A model generated the notes under the pieces. It was not told the origin of the DNA, ran no database searches, and worked only from the letters and a program-made list of their open reading frames with translations. 64,000 nt of DNA, from positions 1,174,159-1,238,158 of the forward strand of contig RHPI01003156.1 in the NCBI GenBank assembly GCA_009103225.1, given 5' to 3'. The translations under genes and the position numbers were made by a program. Positions 1 through 12,060 of this stretch are shown piece after piece (position 1 is the stretch's first letter; each line of letters opens with the position of its first letter). Origin of the DNA: Chlorokybus atmophyticus (lineage: Eukaryota > Plantae > Mesostigma and Chlorokybus algae).

Positions 1-360
1 GGATGCATCGGCATCGCTCATTGCGGCATTGGCTGCATCATTGAGCACATCATCATTGAGGTCCGCAACAGACTCGCCGCCAGCAGTGGCGCCTGCGGTG
101 GACGTGGCGCTGCGGCTGGAATGGGCAGGGCTCGATGGCGCCGCAGACGCAAGCTCCTTGTTGCTCATGTGGTCGATGTCGTCATGGTGGGCAGCATGAA
201 CGTCAACAACAGTCCCGTTGCCATTCGCTGCCGATGATGGTGATGCCGCTGCCGGCGGGGATCGCCCCCGCGACGGAGATGTTGTTTGCGATCGCGTTGG
301 CGTTGTCAGCCCCGCTGTGCCGCCGCCGTTGCCGGCTTTCTTATGCTTGTTTTTCCCCAT
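1..360 (-). CDS. N-terminal part of an unknown protein (low-complexity, Ser/Pro/Ala-rich), running off the left edge of the window
   Basis: ATG at 360 opens a stop-free minus frame to position 1 (MGKNKHKKAGNGGGTAGLTTPTRSQTTSPSRGRSPP...DLNDDVLNDAANAAMSDADAS). It is preceded by a CAG acceptor near 370 and a strong upstream donor CCAG|GTGAGC near 815, implying a 5'UTR intron. No domain recognised. Confidence 0.6.
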   Translation of the reverse strand, partial: MGKNKHKKAGNGGGTAGLTTPTRSQTTSPSRGRSPPAAASPSSAANGNGTVVDVHAAHHDDIDHMSNKELASAAPSSPAHSSRSATSTAGATAGGESVADLNDDVLNDAANAAMSDADAS

Positions 361-930
361 TACCACACCAGCTGTATTGCAATGTTCCTTTTCCGCTTCA
401 CCTTCATGCACAATACATATGGCGTCAATAATGCGTGTGGACTAGCTGAGCTCTAAACTCACGTGCATGCATTGCAACTAAATCCCAGGCAATTACATAC
501 TCTTTGCAACTGTTGCAAGGTCGCTTGACATTTGCTGCTTGCTACACAAGACGAATGCTGATGGGGAACCGACACAATCACGCAACATGCATGCAAGTAC
601 CAGTCGAGAAAGTTCAAACTGGATTTGGTAAAGCATACGTAGAGTGAATGCGTCGAAACAACCTGACTTGCAAGAAACATAACCTCATACGGCATCACAA
701 CAGTATGTGCACTCCAATGAGCCAGGTGAACATCAGCCATGACAGGTTAACATGCCCACTGACGGCACTGACGCTTCGCCTGAGCGACGCTATCAGCAAA
801 GTCGCCACAGCTCACCTGGCAGCGCTCACTGGTCCAATCTACGACGATGCCCACCCCAACATCGCCACGGCCGCCGACGCCGCCGACAACAACAAGGACA
901 GCACCGCAGCCGTTACTTGGGGCAAGCCAT

Positions 931-945
931 CTGAAACCCTAATTC
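931..945. promoter_or_regulatory. Telo-box (AAACCCTAA) in the divergent promoter between the unknown gene and PHYLLO
   Basis: CTGAAACCCTAATTC at 931-945, followed by three GAATCA repeats (~972-997). The same 15-mer recurs at 35284-35298. Confidence 0.55.
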
Positions 946-1080
946 TTCATCGCAGCGCTTGGTTCAGTGACGCGAATCAGTTGAATCAGTGAATCAACTC
1001 TTGAGTGATCTGATTGTAGAATGTTGTAAAAAAGCCAAAACCTAAATCTACAGCCAAGCCTCAGCCCTATCTGGGCGGCG

Positions 1081-4000
1081 ATGGCGATGCCGATGGCGAC
1101 GGCGGTGGCGGTGGCGGCGGCGGTGTTGGTTAGGGCAGGGGGAAAATCTTGCTGTAATTCAAGAGCATGCACGATGACGTGCAGAAGCGTGCCGCCGCCA
1201 CCGTCTGCAGTGGTGCGGGCACCGAGCAGCACGGTGACGCTCAGGCCCAGAGGGCGGAGGAGGAGGCGGGGGAGGCGGCGGGAGCGGTGTGCTGAGGTGC
1301 ATTGCGCTGCTGACGTGGTTGATCTGGTCACGGACGACACCGCCAATGCCACCGCCTCGGGGCCGGTGTGGGTGGAGACCAGGTCGGCCGGTTCGGCACT
1401 GACGCTGGCTGATGGAATGGAGGCGCTGACGGCGGCACTGGCGGACATGCGCATGCAGGAGGATGACAACGACGACGCGCTCCCCTGCGGCCTGGTCCGC
1501 GTAGAGGTCGCCCTCCCCCCCGCCGCCGCCCCACCGCTGACGTGGCTCGCCGCCCAGGACGCTGCCCAGGGCAACGCCCAGGACGCCCTTCTCCTACCCA
1601 GGGTTTACTTCAGATCCCGTGACCCCCGCCCAGGGTTTCCTGACCCTGACCCCGACGATGATGACAATAACAACAACAAGGCCCGCACGCACACGCACGA
1701 CCACACTCACCCCCTCGCTTGCGCAAGCATTGGCGCTGCGGCCATCTGGCAAGATAAGGACAACAACAATCCTCTTGACATCGATGTGTGGCAAGACATC
1801 CATAGGTATGTGTGTGGTGTGGTGCAATGTGATAGTCATGCATGCGCATGTGGTCAGTTGCAAGATTGTGACCAGGTGGATGTCGGCGTCAGCACCACAT
1901 GTGAGAGTCTACGGAGGCACGCGTTTTGATGTGTATGGGACAGTTTCGTCCGAATGGGCGGAGTTTGGGTCGTACTTCTTTGTGCTTCCGCTGGTTGAGT
2001 GCGTGGAGTACGGGTATCACACGCTGTTGTCCATCAACGTGGCGTGGGGGGGACATTGCCACGCCACCAATCGTGCCTCCGCCATCAAGCGCGCCACACG
2101 CGCCCTCGCCCACGCTGCCCGCCACGCCCCCGCCTCCGCCCTCAGCATGCGCACGGCGAAACAACGCCACGCCGGCCACACTCCCGATGAACCCACATGG
2201 CATGATATGGTCAACAACATCCTCACCCGCATTGATGACGACGTTGACAAGGAGTACAACAAGGAGCATCCCAACAATGTCTTGGAAGATGGCCTCAACT
2301 ACAACAATGTAAACATGATGTCCCCTCTGAAGAAGGTTGTGATGGCGAGGCGCACGGACGTGCACGTGGAGGGTGAGGGCATGAGCGCGGCCAACATGTT
2401 GGCGGCCTTGCGCGCGCGCGACCCCGGGGCCTACCAGCTGCTGTTGGAGTTGCCGTGCGGGAGCGCCTTTCTCGCCAGCACGCCCGAGCGATTGTACGCG
2501 AGACGTGGCCGTGTTGTTGCGAGTGAGGCTGTAGCTGGCACGAGGAGAAGGAGACAAGGCGACGGGGAGGACACTGCCATGGCCGTCGACCTACTCCTGA
2601 GGTACCGAGTTGTGTGTACGCGCGTGTATGTGTCCAATGTGGACTCCAAGGGCGATGTCTCATGCATCAATATCTTGCGGTGGCCACCAGCACAAAAGAG
2701 CATGAGGAGTTCGCTATTGTTCGGGAGTCTGTGCGGCAGTCACTCAAGGTAGTACCTCACGTCCTACTAGAGTGGCCATGTCGTCACAACACTGTGGCAG
2801 CATTGTGTGCTCTGTGTCACAAAGTCATAGCAGCTCAGGACAACCCGTTAGGAATGTTCCGCGTAAGGGCAAGGTTCCGTGCAAGTGCGCTTCACATGCG
2901 TGTATGTGCGTGCAGGACGTGTGTGATGGGCGTGTAGAAGCCCAAGTGGAGAAGGCTTTGATTAAGCAGGCGGCGGTGCAGCACCTGTACGGGCGCTTTA
3001 CTGCACGTCTCCCTCGTCTCGACAGCGGCACCTCTCCCGCCGTGTGGGACCACAATCTCATGCAGTCTCTCCATCCCACGCCGGCGGTGTGTGGCCACCC
3101 TCGCAGCCGCGCCTTCCACGCCCTCGCAGACACCGAGCCCTTTGACCGTGGCTTCTACGCCGGCCCGTTTGGCGTCATGTCGCATGCGCACGTGGAGTTT
3201 GCAGTCGCCATCAGAAGCGCACTCGTCCATCCAGTATGTGTTGCAGTGGTGATGTTGCAGACACATGTGCGTGTTGCCGACAGCTTCACACGTGTGTGTC
3301 CGTGCGCACACGCATGTGCTTTTGCGCGTGTGTTGTGCCACTTTCCGAACAGAAATATTGACATGCAGGTGGAGGATGATGCAAGGGCTCGACTGGTGTC
3401 GGTGTATGCTGGTGTGGGCGTGGTGGCAGGGGCGACCGCGGGGGCGGAGTGGTTGGAGCTGAACTTGAAAGCATCGCAGTTCATGCGGTTGCTTGCGCCG
3501 CTGCCGCGGCTACGGGAGGCTCCCAACATGAATACGGCGTGGGCGCGTGCCATTGTGGAAGAGTGCGCCCGCTGTGGTGTGACGCGCTTCTGTATCGCCC
3601 CCGGCTCGCGCTCCTCCCCCCTCACCGCCGCGGCTGCCTCCCACCCTAACATCACCGCCATCACGTGCATCGATGAACGCTCCCTGGCCTTCTATGCCCT
3701 CGGCTTCTCGCGCGGCTCCCAACAACAACAACACACCCACACGCCGTCCGCTCCTGTCGCCATCATCACCTCCTCCGGCACAGCGGTTAGCGAACTTCTC
3801 CCTGCCGTGGTAGAAGCCTCTCAGTCCAACATACCGCTCCTGGTTCTCACCGCAGATCGCCCACCCGAGCTGCATGACACGGGGGCCAACCAGACGATCC
3901 CGCAACACAACATGTTCACGCCGTTCGCGCGCCACAGCTACTCGCTGCCTCCACCCGACGATGTCACGCCGCTGCGGGTGGCGTTGACACAAGTTTCGCA

Positions 4001-7000
4001 CGCCCTCATGCGTGCGGGCCACGCCTCCAACCCGGGCCCTGTTCACATCAACTGCATGTTCCGAGACCCTCTCGCCCCGCGCGATCAAGAGTGGGAGAGA
4101 CGCATTCTCCGAGGCGTGGAGGACTCGCGTTGGGAGCGCGGGACCTCGCCTTACACGCTCCAACTCTCAGATGCCAGCTCTAGTATTGGCGATGAAACTG
4201 TGGACGTCATCGTTAACTTTGTCAACGGGGCAAAGCGCGGGCTGCTTGTGGCGGGCAACCTCACGCGTGTGGAGGACGCGTGGGCGATTGAGGCTATATC
4301 ACGTCATCTCGGGTGGCCCGTCGTGGCCGACGCGGCGTCGATGTTACGTGTCGGCACCACCCATGCGAACCATCTCGCGGCGCACTTTGACCACGTGCTG
4401 CTTCATGTTCCCACGCACGCGGCTCTCGCGCCCGACGTCATCCTGCAGGTGGGCGCGCAGCTGACCTCGAAGCGCGCCCTCGCCTTCCTCGAGGCCGCGG
4501 TGGTGGAGCGCGGCGCCGCACACATCTATGCCCACGGCTACCTTTCACGCCACGACCCCAACCACACTCTCACGCACAGACTGATCGCGTCCCCGCGCGC
4601 CCTAGCCAAGGCAATCATCTCCCACACGCGTGCTTGTGGACACGCTGCTCAAGCGTACACACAACAAGTGCTGATGTTGTCCGATGCGGTGCGTGCGCGC
4701 ACACACACACAGAGAGTTGGATGGATGCAATAATGCTGTTGCTGGTTGAGTCTGATGTGTTCAAGGACATCAGGTTGGAAGGGCAGTGGAGACCACGCTA
4801 GCCGAGCACGAGGCCTTGACGGAGCCCCACGTTGCGCACGCCGTGGCCTCAACCCTCCCCGCCGGCCATGCTCTCTTCCTCGGCAACAGCATGTCCATCC
4901 GAGACCTCGACATGTACGCACCAAAGACCACCACTACTCCATTCTCCTCCTCATACACATGTCCCACGGCGGTGGGGTCGAGCCGCGGCGCGTCGGGCAT
5001 AGATGGCGTGGTGTCCGCGGCGATGGGCTACGCGGCGGGTCTCGACCGCCCCGTCACGCTTCTCATTGGGGATGTGAGCTTTGTCTACGATGTTAACGGC
5101 CTCCTGCTCGCCAAGGAGGCCGGAGGCAAGCCCCCCGTTACCATTGTCGTTGTGAACAACGGGGGAGGAGGCATCTTCTCATTCTTACCCATCAAAGGTG
5201 GGAGACCCACTCATCCAACCTGACCAATGTTTGAATAAACTACATGTAGAGGCTGATGATGCATGCATGTTCTATTAGGTTCGGTGCCCGATGCAGAGTT
5301 TGAGAGGTTTTGGACAACTCCACAAAGCGTGAATATATTGCAGATCTGCGCAGCACACAAGGTATCCCCAACGCATCCGTCATAGCATACCTTCAGTAGG
5401 TGGTTAGGTTACCCTTTCACCCTGTTGCAAGGTGGGTCAAGTGGGATACGTGACCATGCACACAACAGGTGCCGTACTATCGCGCAGCTTCGCGAAGGGA
5501 GCTGGCGGCTTCCCTAACCGCAGCGCGTAAGGCACACACGCATGTGGTCGTGGAGGTCGTTGTCCCGCGCAACAGCGACGCCAACGTGGCCTTCCACAAG
5601 GAGCTCAACGCGGCCGCTGTGCGCGCCACCTCCAAAGCGATGCCGATGATGATGACGTTGCATGGACCGACACTTGAGATAACTTCAGCTTGGTACGAGC
5701 GTTACAGCGTGGTGATGCGCAAGCCCGCCACCACGACACAACATCGCAAGTCCACGACGAGGGAAGGGTTCTACCTTCACTTCAAGCTGGCTGGCGGGAG
5801 CGCTGGCGTGGGCGAGGTGGCCCCGCTGCCCGGCTTGCACATGGAGTCCATGTTGGACTGCCGGGAGCAACTTGAGCTTGTGTGCCAACGGGTTGTTGGC
5901 ACGCGTGTCCCCGCCACAGCAGGCCTTCTTGACGGGAGCATACAAGACTGGATTGCGAATCAGGTGGGCCTGCAGGTTCACGTACTCGCGCCGAGCGTGA
6001 GGTTTGGGCTGGAGACAGCCGTCCTCACCGCACTCGCAGGTAACCTCATGTGTGTGTTAAACTTGACTTCTCTCAACATGATCAACCCTGTATGTGAACC
6101 CATACAAAGCTGGTCCCGTCATGCAGACGCGTGTGGCGTGTCCTTGTACGCGCTTCTGCGGCCGACATCAGCGATGGCTGTTGATGGCGTGCGCACGTGC
6201 GGGTTGGTCGACTCTAGCGATGTTATTGCCAAGACAGTTGATGAGGCTGTGAGGTTGAAGGCTCGGGGGTTTTGCACACTCAAGCTTAAGGTGGGGAGGA
6301 GGGCCACACCCGAGCAGGACGCTGCGTGCGTGCGTGCTGTGCGTGAAGCGGTTGGACCCGACGTGCGTTTGCGTGTGGATGCGAACCGGGCCTGGACTCT
6401 ACCCCAGGCCATTGAGTTCGCGAGCGATGTTCAGGACTGCCAGCTGGAGTTCATTGAAGAACCTGTTAGCAATGCGCTCGACGTGGAGGCGTTTCACGTC
6501 GCAGTGAGGATCCCCGTCGCATTAGACGAGAGCGTGGACAGGGGCGAGCACGCGATGCTCAACCTCGGGAGCAAAGAGGGCGTGACGGCCCTCGTGGTGA
6601 AGCCCTCGCGTGTGGGCGGGCTCGAACGTGCCGCCGCGGTCGTGCGCTACGCCCGCGCGCGTGGCCTTGGCGTCATTGTGAGTTCCTCGTTTGAAAGCGA
6701 AGTTGGCCTGTCCGTCCTCACGCACGTCGCCGCCGCCCTCGTGGACGTCGCTGAGGTTGACGACAGCGAAGACGGAGGAGATGGAGGAGTTGCGTACGAA
6801 CACGGGCTCGGGACCTTCACGTGGCTTGAAGATGACAGCCAACAATACACGGCGTGTGTGGCTGATGAGAGCGGGTCGCTCTCTCTGTCGCTCGAGGCGT
6901 CTTCTGCGATCATCTCAGAAGAGGCGAAGAACAACGCTGATGAAGCCGCTACTCGTGTGATTGACAGCGTTAGGAGGGTGAGTGTGGGCACGCATGCGTA

Positions 7001-8048
7001 CGACTTCCATGTGATGAGCTTAGACGCAAGGAGGAGCGGGTGTACTGATGGGCAACCACAACAACCCACGCTTCTGTTCTTGCATGGGTTCCTCGGCGAC
7101 GGGGAAGACTGGCTGCCTCTCATGCACGCGCTCTCGCACTCCTTCGCATGTGTGGCCGTGGATATACCTGGCCATGGCCGTAGCGCTGTCCACTCCGGCA
7201 ACCGTGATGACGATGATGCATATGCGATGCACAATGTCAAGCGTGCGCTTGCCGCGCTCATGCGTGACATCGCCCACAGCGATGATGCCAGATACATCCT
7301 TGTGGGCTACTCAATGGGCGCGAGACTGGCCCTCTACACGGCACTGCGCAGTGTTGGTTTGGTGGCTATTGATGGCGTAGTGTTGATATCCGGCACGGCG
7401 GGCCTGCGAGATGTGGATGCACGCAATGACCGCGCACACAGAGATGACTTGCTTGCACGTTCGCTTGTGGCCGACCCCAACGCGTTCGTGCGCAACTGGT
7501 ACGCGCAGCCCATGTGGGCGTCGCTACGCTTCCACCCAGAGTTCAACACGCTCTTAGAAAAGCGCACAGCGACAGCTGCATCATCAGCAAAGGGACTCGC
7601 CTTGGCGTTGAGTGGTCTCAGCGTTGGGAGGCAGCTGGACTTGTGGGAGGAGATTGATGAGCAGTTGCCGTTTCGGCTGCTTGTTGTGTGCGGGGCTCTC
7701 GACAGCAAGTTTGTGCGCATCGCGCAGAAGCTGGGCGACAAAGCCGCGGGTAACAACAGCATAATAGATGGCGATGTTGAAAGAGCTGGGGTTTATGAGA
7801 ACGAGGAGCTCGCTGCGCTCATGGAGTACGTGTTTGGAGAGGATGAGGCTGTTGAGGGGGACACAAAGGTGGTGGCTGAGGAGGTTGGTGCTGCTACTGC
7901 GGGCCCACCTCACGTGGAGGTGCTGACTGTGAGCAACGCCGGCCACGCTGTCCATGTGGAGGCTGCTGCATCCCTTGTGCCCGGTCTCCGGAAATTTGCG
8001 TCGGGGCTCAGTGTGCATCCCACTCTCGAGGACGTCCTCAGAGGTTGA
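1081..8048 (+). CDS. PHYLLO: PHYLLO: four-domain phylloquinone biosynthesis fusion (MenF/ICS-MenD-MenC-MenH) with plastid transit peptide
   Basis: Exons approx. 1081-1805, 1876-2601, 2691-2748, 2916-3233, 3369-4688, 4774-~5197, ~5279-~5361, 5469-6039, 6127-8048. ICS motifs: RVYGGTRFD, FLASTPERLY, SEAVAGTRRR, KEHEEF, LHPTPAVCG, EPFDRGFYAGPFG, YAGVGVV. MenD motifs: CIAPGSRSSPL, DERSLAFYALG, TSSGTAV, GDVSFVYDVNGL..VNNGGGGIF. MenC motifs: TLKLKVG, RVDAN, IEEP, ALDES. MenH motifs: LHGFLG, GYSMG, GALD, GHAVH. Confidence 0.95.
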
Positions 8049-8864
8049 GGTAACATGTGGTAAACCACTGTGCAATTGGTAGTTAGATATGGTTGCGTAG
8101 CGGTTGTTTGAGACTTGCCGTGCTGTGTGCACCTCGCGCACATACAGTCAAAACCATTCCTCGCTTTGTACAAGATCTTGTTCGGTTGCTTCCAACAAGA
8201 GTGCAACAGCCTCTAAATGTGCAACACAACTACTGCACAACTGTTGTGCTTCTTTTTCAGTCATGTGTGCAGTGCTGTGCACTTGATGGCTTACCAGCAG
8301 AGCACTGGTTGCAGCAGACATGTTCTGATAACTTGAACAATGTGTGACGAGTGCATCATAAGCCAAGCCAATTGCAAACAGCCAGGGGAAGTGATGTGTT
8401 ACTGATGGTGGGCACCACAAATTAGCGGAGTCACAATCCCTGCAGCCTATATGTTATACATTACACACATTTGCTTTGCACACACCTTCTGCCGCAGCAA
8501 AGGCAACTACTTCGTAGATACTTTGCTGTCAATTTGCAGCAACCACTTCGTAGATACCTCGTGTACACTGACGGCCTTCGCTCTCGCCACAATCATGACA
8601 GGTGTACTCGCAGCATGTTAACACGTCACATCACATCACATCACAAATACACGCCCGAAAGACAACACAAGGCAACAACCACAACCAACAGTTGGTAAAA
8701 GCAAAACTGTACCTGACTGACTAGCAGCCAGGCTTGCAGCAGACTACGGCCATTGCCATCAATCAGCATCACCATTCTCGTTGAAACACATATACTACAT
8801 ACAGATGCTGAGGGAAAGGAAGAAGCAGCAGCAGGACGGGGGGAGCAATATGGAGGTATAGTAT

Positions 8865-11819
8865 TTACTCAACAGGAAGCGTGCGGTGTGTATAATTGAT
8901 GTCTTTGTCCTTGTCAACGACGTGTCCGGCGCCCCGTAGCAGCCACCTGGTTGTCAGAAGTCCCTTGACACCGACGGGTCCACGTGCGTGTATGCGGCTT
9001 GTGGAGATGCCAACCTCGGCGCCTAGGCCGTATCTGAACCCGTCCGAGAACCGCGTGGATGCATTGTGGTGTACGCACGCACTATCGACACTTCTCAGGA
9101 ACTCCTCCGCAACATCATGATCCTCCGTGATCACGCTCTCGGTGTGTCCCGAGCCGTTGGCATGCACGTACTCGACAGCCTCGCGCACGTTGCCGACCAC
9201 CTCCACGGTCATGGCGGCGGCGCCGTACTCGTGGTGGAGGGCGGGGGCGGCGGGGAGGGAGAGCTCTTTCTCAGCACGTGGCCCGCCGTACAACGTGACG
9301 CCAGACTTCACGAGGGCGTAACTCAATGCAGCCCAACGACCATCATTAAGCAAAGACTCATGCACGAGGACAGTCTCCGCAGCATTGCACGCAGAGGGAT
9401 AATCCAACTTAGAGTCGAGGAGGATCTTCTCGGCCATGGCGGTGTCCGCGGCGGCGTCCACATACACATGACACACGCCGTCCGCGTGGCCCAACACGGG
9501 GATACGCGTGCCGCGCTGGATGTGCTGCACGAGCGCGTTGCTCCCACGCGGGATCACCAAGTCAATAATCCCATCCCCGAGCTTCAACAAGTCATCCACG
9601 CCTTCACGCGAAGTTACCAACCCAATAAGCTCCCTCCCAACACTCTCAGGAAGCGCGCCCGCCACAACGTCATGGAGAACACGATTAGACAACATGGCCT
9701 CCTTCCCACCTTTGAGTAGAAGACCATTACCACTACGCACGGCGAGTGCAGCAATCTGCGGGAGCGCGTCAGGACGTGACTCGAAGATGACGAGGAGTAC
9801 ACCCAACGGCGCCGTGCGTTGTTCCAACACTAAACCCTCAGCGAGTTCAACACGCGAACCAACAAGCTTTCCCATAGGCTCCTCCTGGTCGGCGATGGCA
9901 CGGATGCCCGTGGCGAGCTGCGCGAGCTTGCCGGGCTTGAGGCGCAGGCGGTTGAGGAGAGGGGGGGCGACGTGCGCGGCCTCTGCAGCCTTCACGTCCT
10001 TCGCGTTCTCGGCAAGGATGCGGGCCTCGTTGGCCAGCAACGCGTCCGCCATCTTGTGCAAGGCCGCAGCCCTCTCCTCTGAACTCAACGCCTGCATTCA
10101 CAGATTCACACCAGTTCACATACTGACATGGTGTGCGTGTGTGCACGCACGCACGCGCGGTCACGCGCACGGACACACGTGCGAATGAGAGCGTGCGCAC
10201 ATGCATATGTGCGTGTCATGTGAACACAACATACCTGAAGTTTGCGGCTGGCGTCGCGTGCAGCAACTGCCATCGTGCGCGCAGCTTGATCGTCCGCAGC
10301 CTGCTTGGTTGCGGCGTCCTTGCAGAATAGGGTGCCCACATGCTCGCCCCGCATGACTCGCGCGAGCGCGGTGGAGCTCACCCCCGAGGCAATAACAACA
10401 GGTGTACCCGCCGCAGCCGCCTTCCACGCAGCCTCCACCTTAGCTGTCATCCCTCCTCGTCCCACACGACTCTTCGGCCCGAAGCTGATGCCCGCGGCGG
10501 TGTTGTTGCCATCCGTGAGTGCGGGGTCGTACGTGTGCACGAGGCGCGAGTTGGGCGCGTCGGGTGGACCCGTGTACAAGCCCTCCACATCACTAAGAAG
10601 AACCAACACGTCCGCGCGTAACTCAATGGCAAGGAGCGCAGCGAGGCTGTCATTGTCCCAGAAGATGCCGGTGGCATCCTTGTAAGGAGCCTTACGTGTG
10701 GACACGGCGTCATTCTCATTAATCACAGGGACAACACCCAGACGAAGAAGCTCATCAACAGTGGTGCGAAGTTGTGCTTTGAACTCTGAATCACTAAACT
10801 CGGCTTCAGTGAGTAACAACTGGGCCGTGGTCAAATCCATCTGCGCAAAGAGGGCATCATACAATGCCATCAGACCCGATTGACCCACGGCCGCGCACGC
10901 CTTAGTATCGAGGGAGTCCGCCACGTCACCGCCAACGTGCATCCCGCCACGCTTGAGGTCAGCCAAAGAAGAGTTCATGATGGAAAGGTGGCGGAGACGC
11001 TGACGGCCGGCGCCAACAGCGCCGGATGTAACAACGATCACCTCGCGACCCTCGGTGATCATACCCTCGAGCTGCTCAACCAAGGCGCCGAGCTTGCCCA
11101 AGGCAAGACGGCCATCGTTTGAACGAGTCACCACAGCAGTGCCAACCTGTTGGTGTGCAACACGCATGCGCACGAATTGGTGTGTGATATGCCCATTCGC
11201 GCATACACGTGCGCACAGACCACGTTGCTCGTGCAAGCACACACACGCACATGCACATGGAGTCTAAGCAAGACAGCACAATGCAGTTTGTTAGACTGCG
11301 TTTGCACGCTGCTGTCAAGGCATGCATGTATTGCATGCAACTGTACTTTGCTTGTGCATGTTGAACTTGAGGCTAGCACAGCCAACTTAGGGCGCAGCTA
11401 GCCTGAAAGTGCACACAACATGGCCAGTGATGTGTCAATTGGCGTATGTAAGCGGACCTGGCTAACATGCACAGGAACACACGACAGCCAATGCAACGGC
11501 CCAACAAGAAACGCATGAAAGCACAAAGCCTTTAACAGCTTGCAATGCAAGCAATGGTTTTCTTTCAACAACAGCATACTGCTCAAGCATGCGACGGCTC
11601 GACCCCACAGCACGGTGTGAGACACAATGAGGTTGAGCAGGGCTTGGCAGGTGGGACATGTTGTGCACCATGTGCTTTCACCTTGACAATCACTCGTCGT
11701 GCAGTCCGTATGAAAGCCCGGGCAGGGTCCACGTCGGTGGCCTGGCCCCCGCTGCCGCTGGCGGCGTCGCCATTCGCCACAAAAACCCCGCTACCCGTCC
11801 CACTACGCGACCGCCTCAT
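8865..11819 (-). CDS. P5CS: Delta-1-pyrroline-5-carboxylate synthase (bifunctional glutamate 5-kinase / gamma-glutamyl phosphate reductase)
   Basis: Exons 11819-11682, 11146-10235, 10091-8865, all GT-AG. Kinase motifs: [56 protein letters not shown]. Reductase motifs: [49 protein letters not shown]. Confidence 0.95.
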
Positions 11820-12060
11820 GGCTGTACGAAGACACAGCTCCCAGACACCCTCCCCGGCCACCGCCGCCTACACCTGCGCCACCTGCGCCGCCGCCGCAGG
11901 CTTGAGGGCAGGAAGCTTCCGTAATGGGAAGATGGGAAGCTCTCGGCGGATCACTGCACATGCTGATCTCAGCTGAACGCAGTGATCAAACTGATATAGC
12001 TTAACGCCTCTTCGCTGTGGCTTTGGGCGGGGTGGGCCGGGGTGGTGGTGGTGGTGGGTG
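11820..12060. promoter_or_regulatory. 241-bp bidirectional promoter region shared by P5CS and NAGS
   Basis: P5CS ATG at 11819 (-) and NAGS ATG at 12061 (+) face away from each other. Contains a site-II-like TGGGCC at 12033-12038. Confidence 0.6.

Noticed and set aside
3234-6126. Apparent odd insertions in PHYLLO ORFs (VCVAVVMLQTHV..., NLMCVLNL...)
   Set aside because: In-frame GT-AG introns 3234-3368 (135 nt) and 6040-6126 (87 nt) that happen to lack stops.
1081-8048. Bacterial men operon / contamination or recent HGT
   Set aside because: A single fused ORF with spliceosomal introns and a transit peptide; this is the known eukaryotic PHYLLO.
939-10188. Many long antisense or alternative-frame ORFs over PHYLLO and P5CS (also 14635-15063, 16941-17201, 36152-36946)
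   Set aside because: Shadows of GC-rich coding exons with no independent motifs.
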